Shown: positions 63,395-64,000 of the stretch, one piece after another
How positions within the stretch are numbered: the first letter of the stretch is position 1
Layout: each line of letters begins with the position of its first letter
The notes under the pieces: model-generated
Seen by the model: the letters and a program-made list of their open reading frames with translations, nothing else
Told to the model about the DNA's origin: nothing
Database searches by the model: none
Program-made: the position numbers and the translations under genes
Assembly: GCA_950097015.1 (NCBI GenBank)
Contig: CATNEN010000033.1
Span: forward strand, 2,232,001-2,296,000
DNA from: Macrostomum hystrix
Taxonomy: Eukaryota; Animalia; Platyhelminthes
Length of the DNA stretch: 64,000 nucleotides
Direction of reading: 5' to 3'

Positions 63395-64000
63395 TGCCCA
63401 ACCCACGGTATCTACCCACCCCATGGTATCTACCCCACCCCATGGTGTCTAACCCACCCCATGGTATCTAAACCACCCCATGGTATCTACCCCACCCGAT
63501 GGTGTCTAACCCACCCCATGGTATCTACCCCACCCCATGGTGTCTAACCCACCCCATGGTATCTACCCCACCCCATGGTGTTTAACCCACCCCATGGTAT
63601 CTAAACCACCCCATGGTATCTAACCCACTACCTAACCCACCCCATGGTATCTAACCCACTACCTAACCCAACCCATGGTATCTAACCCACTACCTAACCC
63701 AACCCATGGTATCTAACCCACTACCTAACCCATCCCATGGTATCTAACCCACTACCTAACCCAACCATGGTATCTAACCCACTACCTAACCCAACCATGG
63801 TATCTAACCCACTACCTAACCCAACCATGGTATCTAACCCACTACCTAACCCAACCATGGTATCTAACCCACTACCTAACCCAACCATGGTATCTAACCC
63901 ACTACCTAACCCAACCATGGTATCTAACCCACTACCTAACCCAACCCATGGTATCTAACCCACTACCTAACCCAACCCATGGTATCTAACCCACCCCTTG
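63395..64000. repeat. Minisatellite shifting from an about 20-nt unit to a 30-31-nt unit; truncated by the window end
   Basis: CCACCCCATGGTRTCTAAC variants, then ACCCACTACCTAACCCAACCATGGTATCTA. Confidence 0.95.

Noticed and set aside
63620-64000. Interstitial telomere
   Set aside because: Only isolated CTAACCC motifs inside a 30-nt unit; no tandem (TTAGGG)n.

Overview
Eukaryotic (metazoan) genomic DNA, not prokaryotic. GC-rich exons with Ala/Gln/Ser runs, short (about 60-120 nt) introns and larger introns filled with minisatellites suggest a free-living flatworm such as Macrostomum; this is inference from sequence style only. In order: (1) an MTUS1/MTUS2/CCDC69-like coiled-coil gene (+, about 0.9-8.4 kb); (2) a possible claudin-like four-TM gene (+, 11.3-12.4 kb); (3) a three-exon globin (-, 13854-17793) with an MGC N-terminus and introns at B12.2 and G7.0; (4) an unrecognised poly-Gln protein gene (-, 18.5 to at least 21.3 kb); (5) a nested TE cluster (Ty3/gypsy remnant, a solo LTR with a 5-bp TSD, and a LINE fragment, 21.8-24.3 kb); (6) unc-79 (+, ATG at 25165, about 25 exons and about 2,090 codons in the window, continuing past the right edge); (7) a tRNA-derived CORE-type SINE and more than 25 tandem arrays. 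Most long ORFs in the track are translations of repeats. I found no CRISPR array, operon or self-evidently new multi-gene system. The best leads are the acylated globin with a likely post-stop intron, the intron-private minisatellite architecture, symmetric cassette exons in unc-79, and a 49-bp array with a conserved palindrome. All family assignments come from recalled motifs, not database searches.
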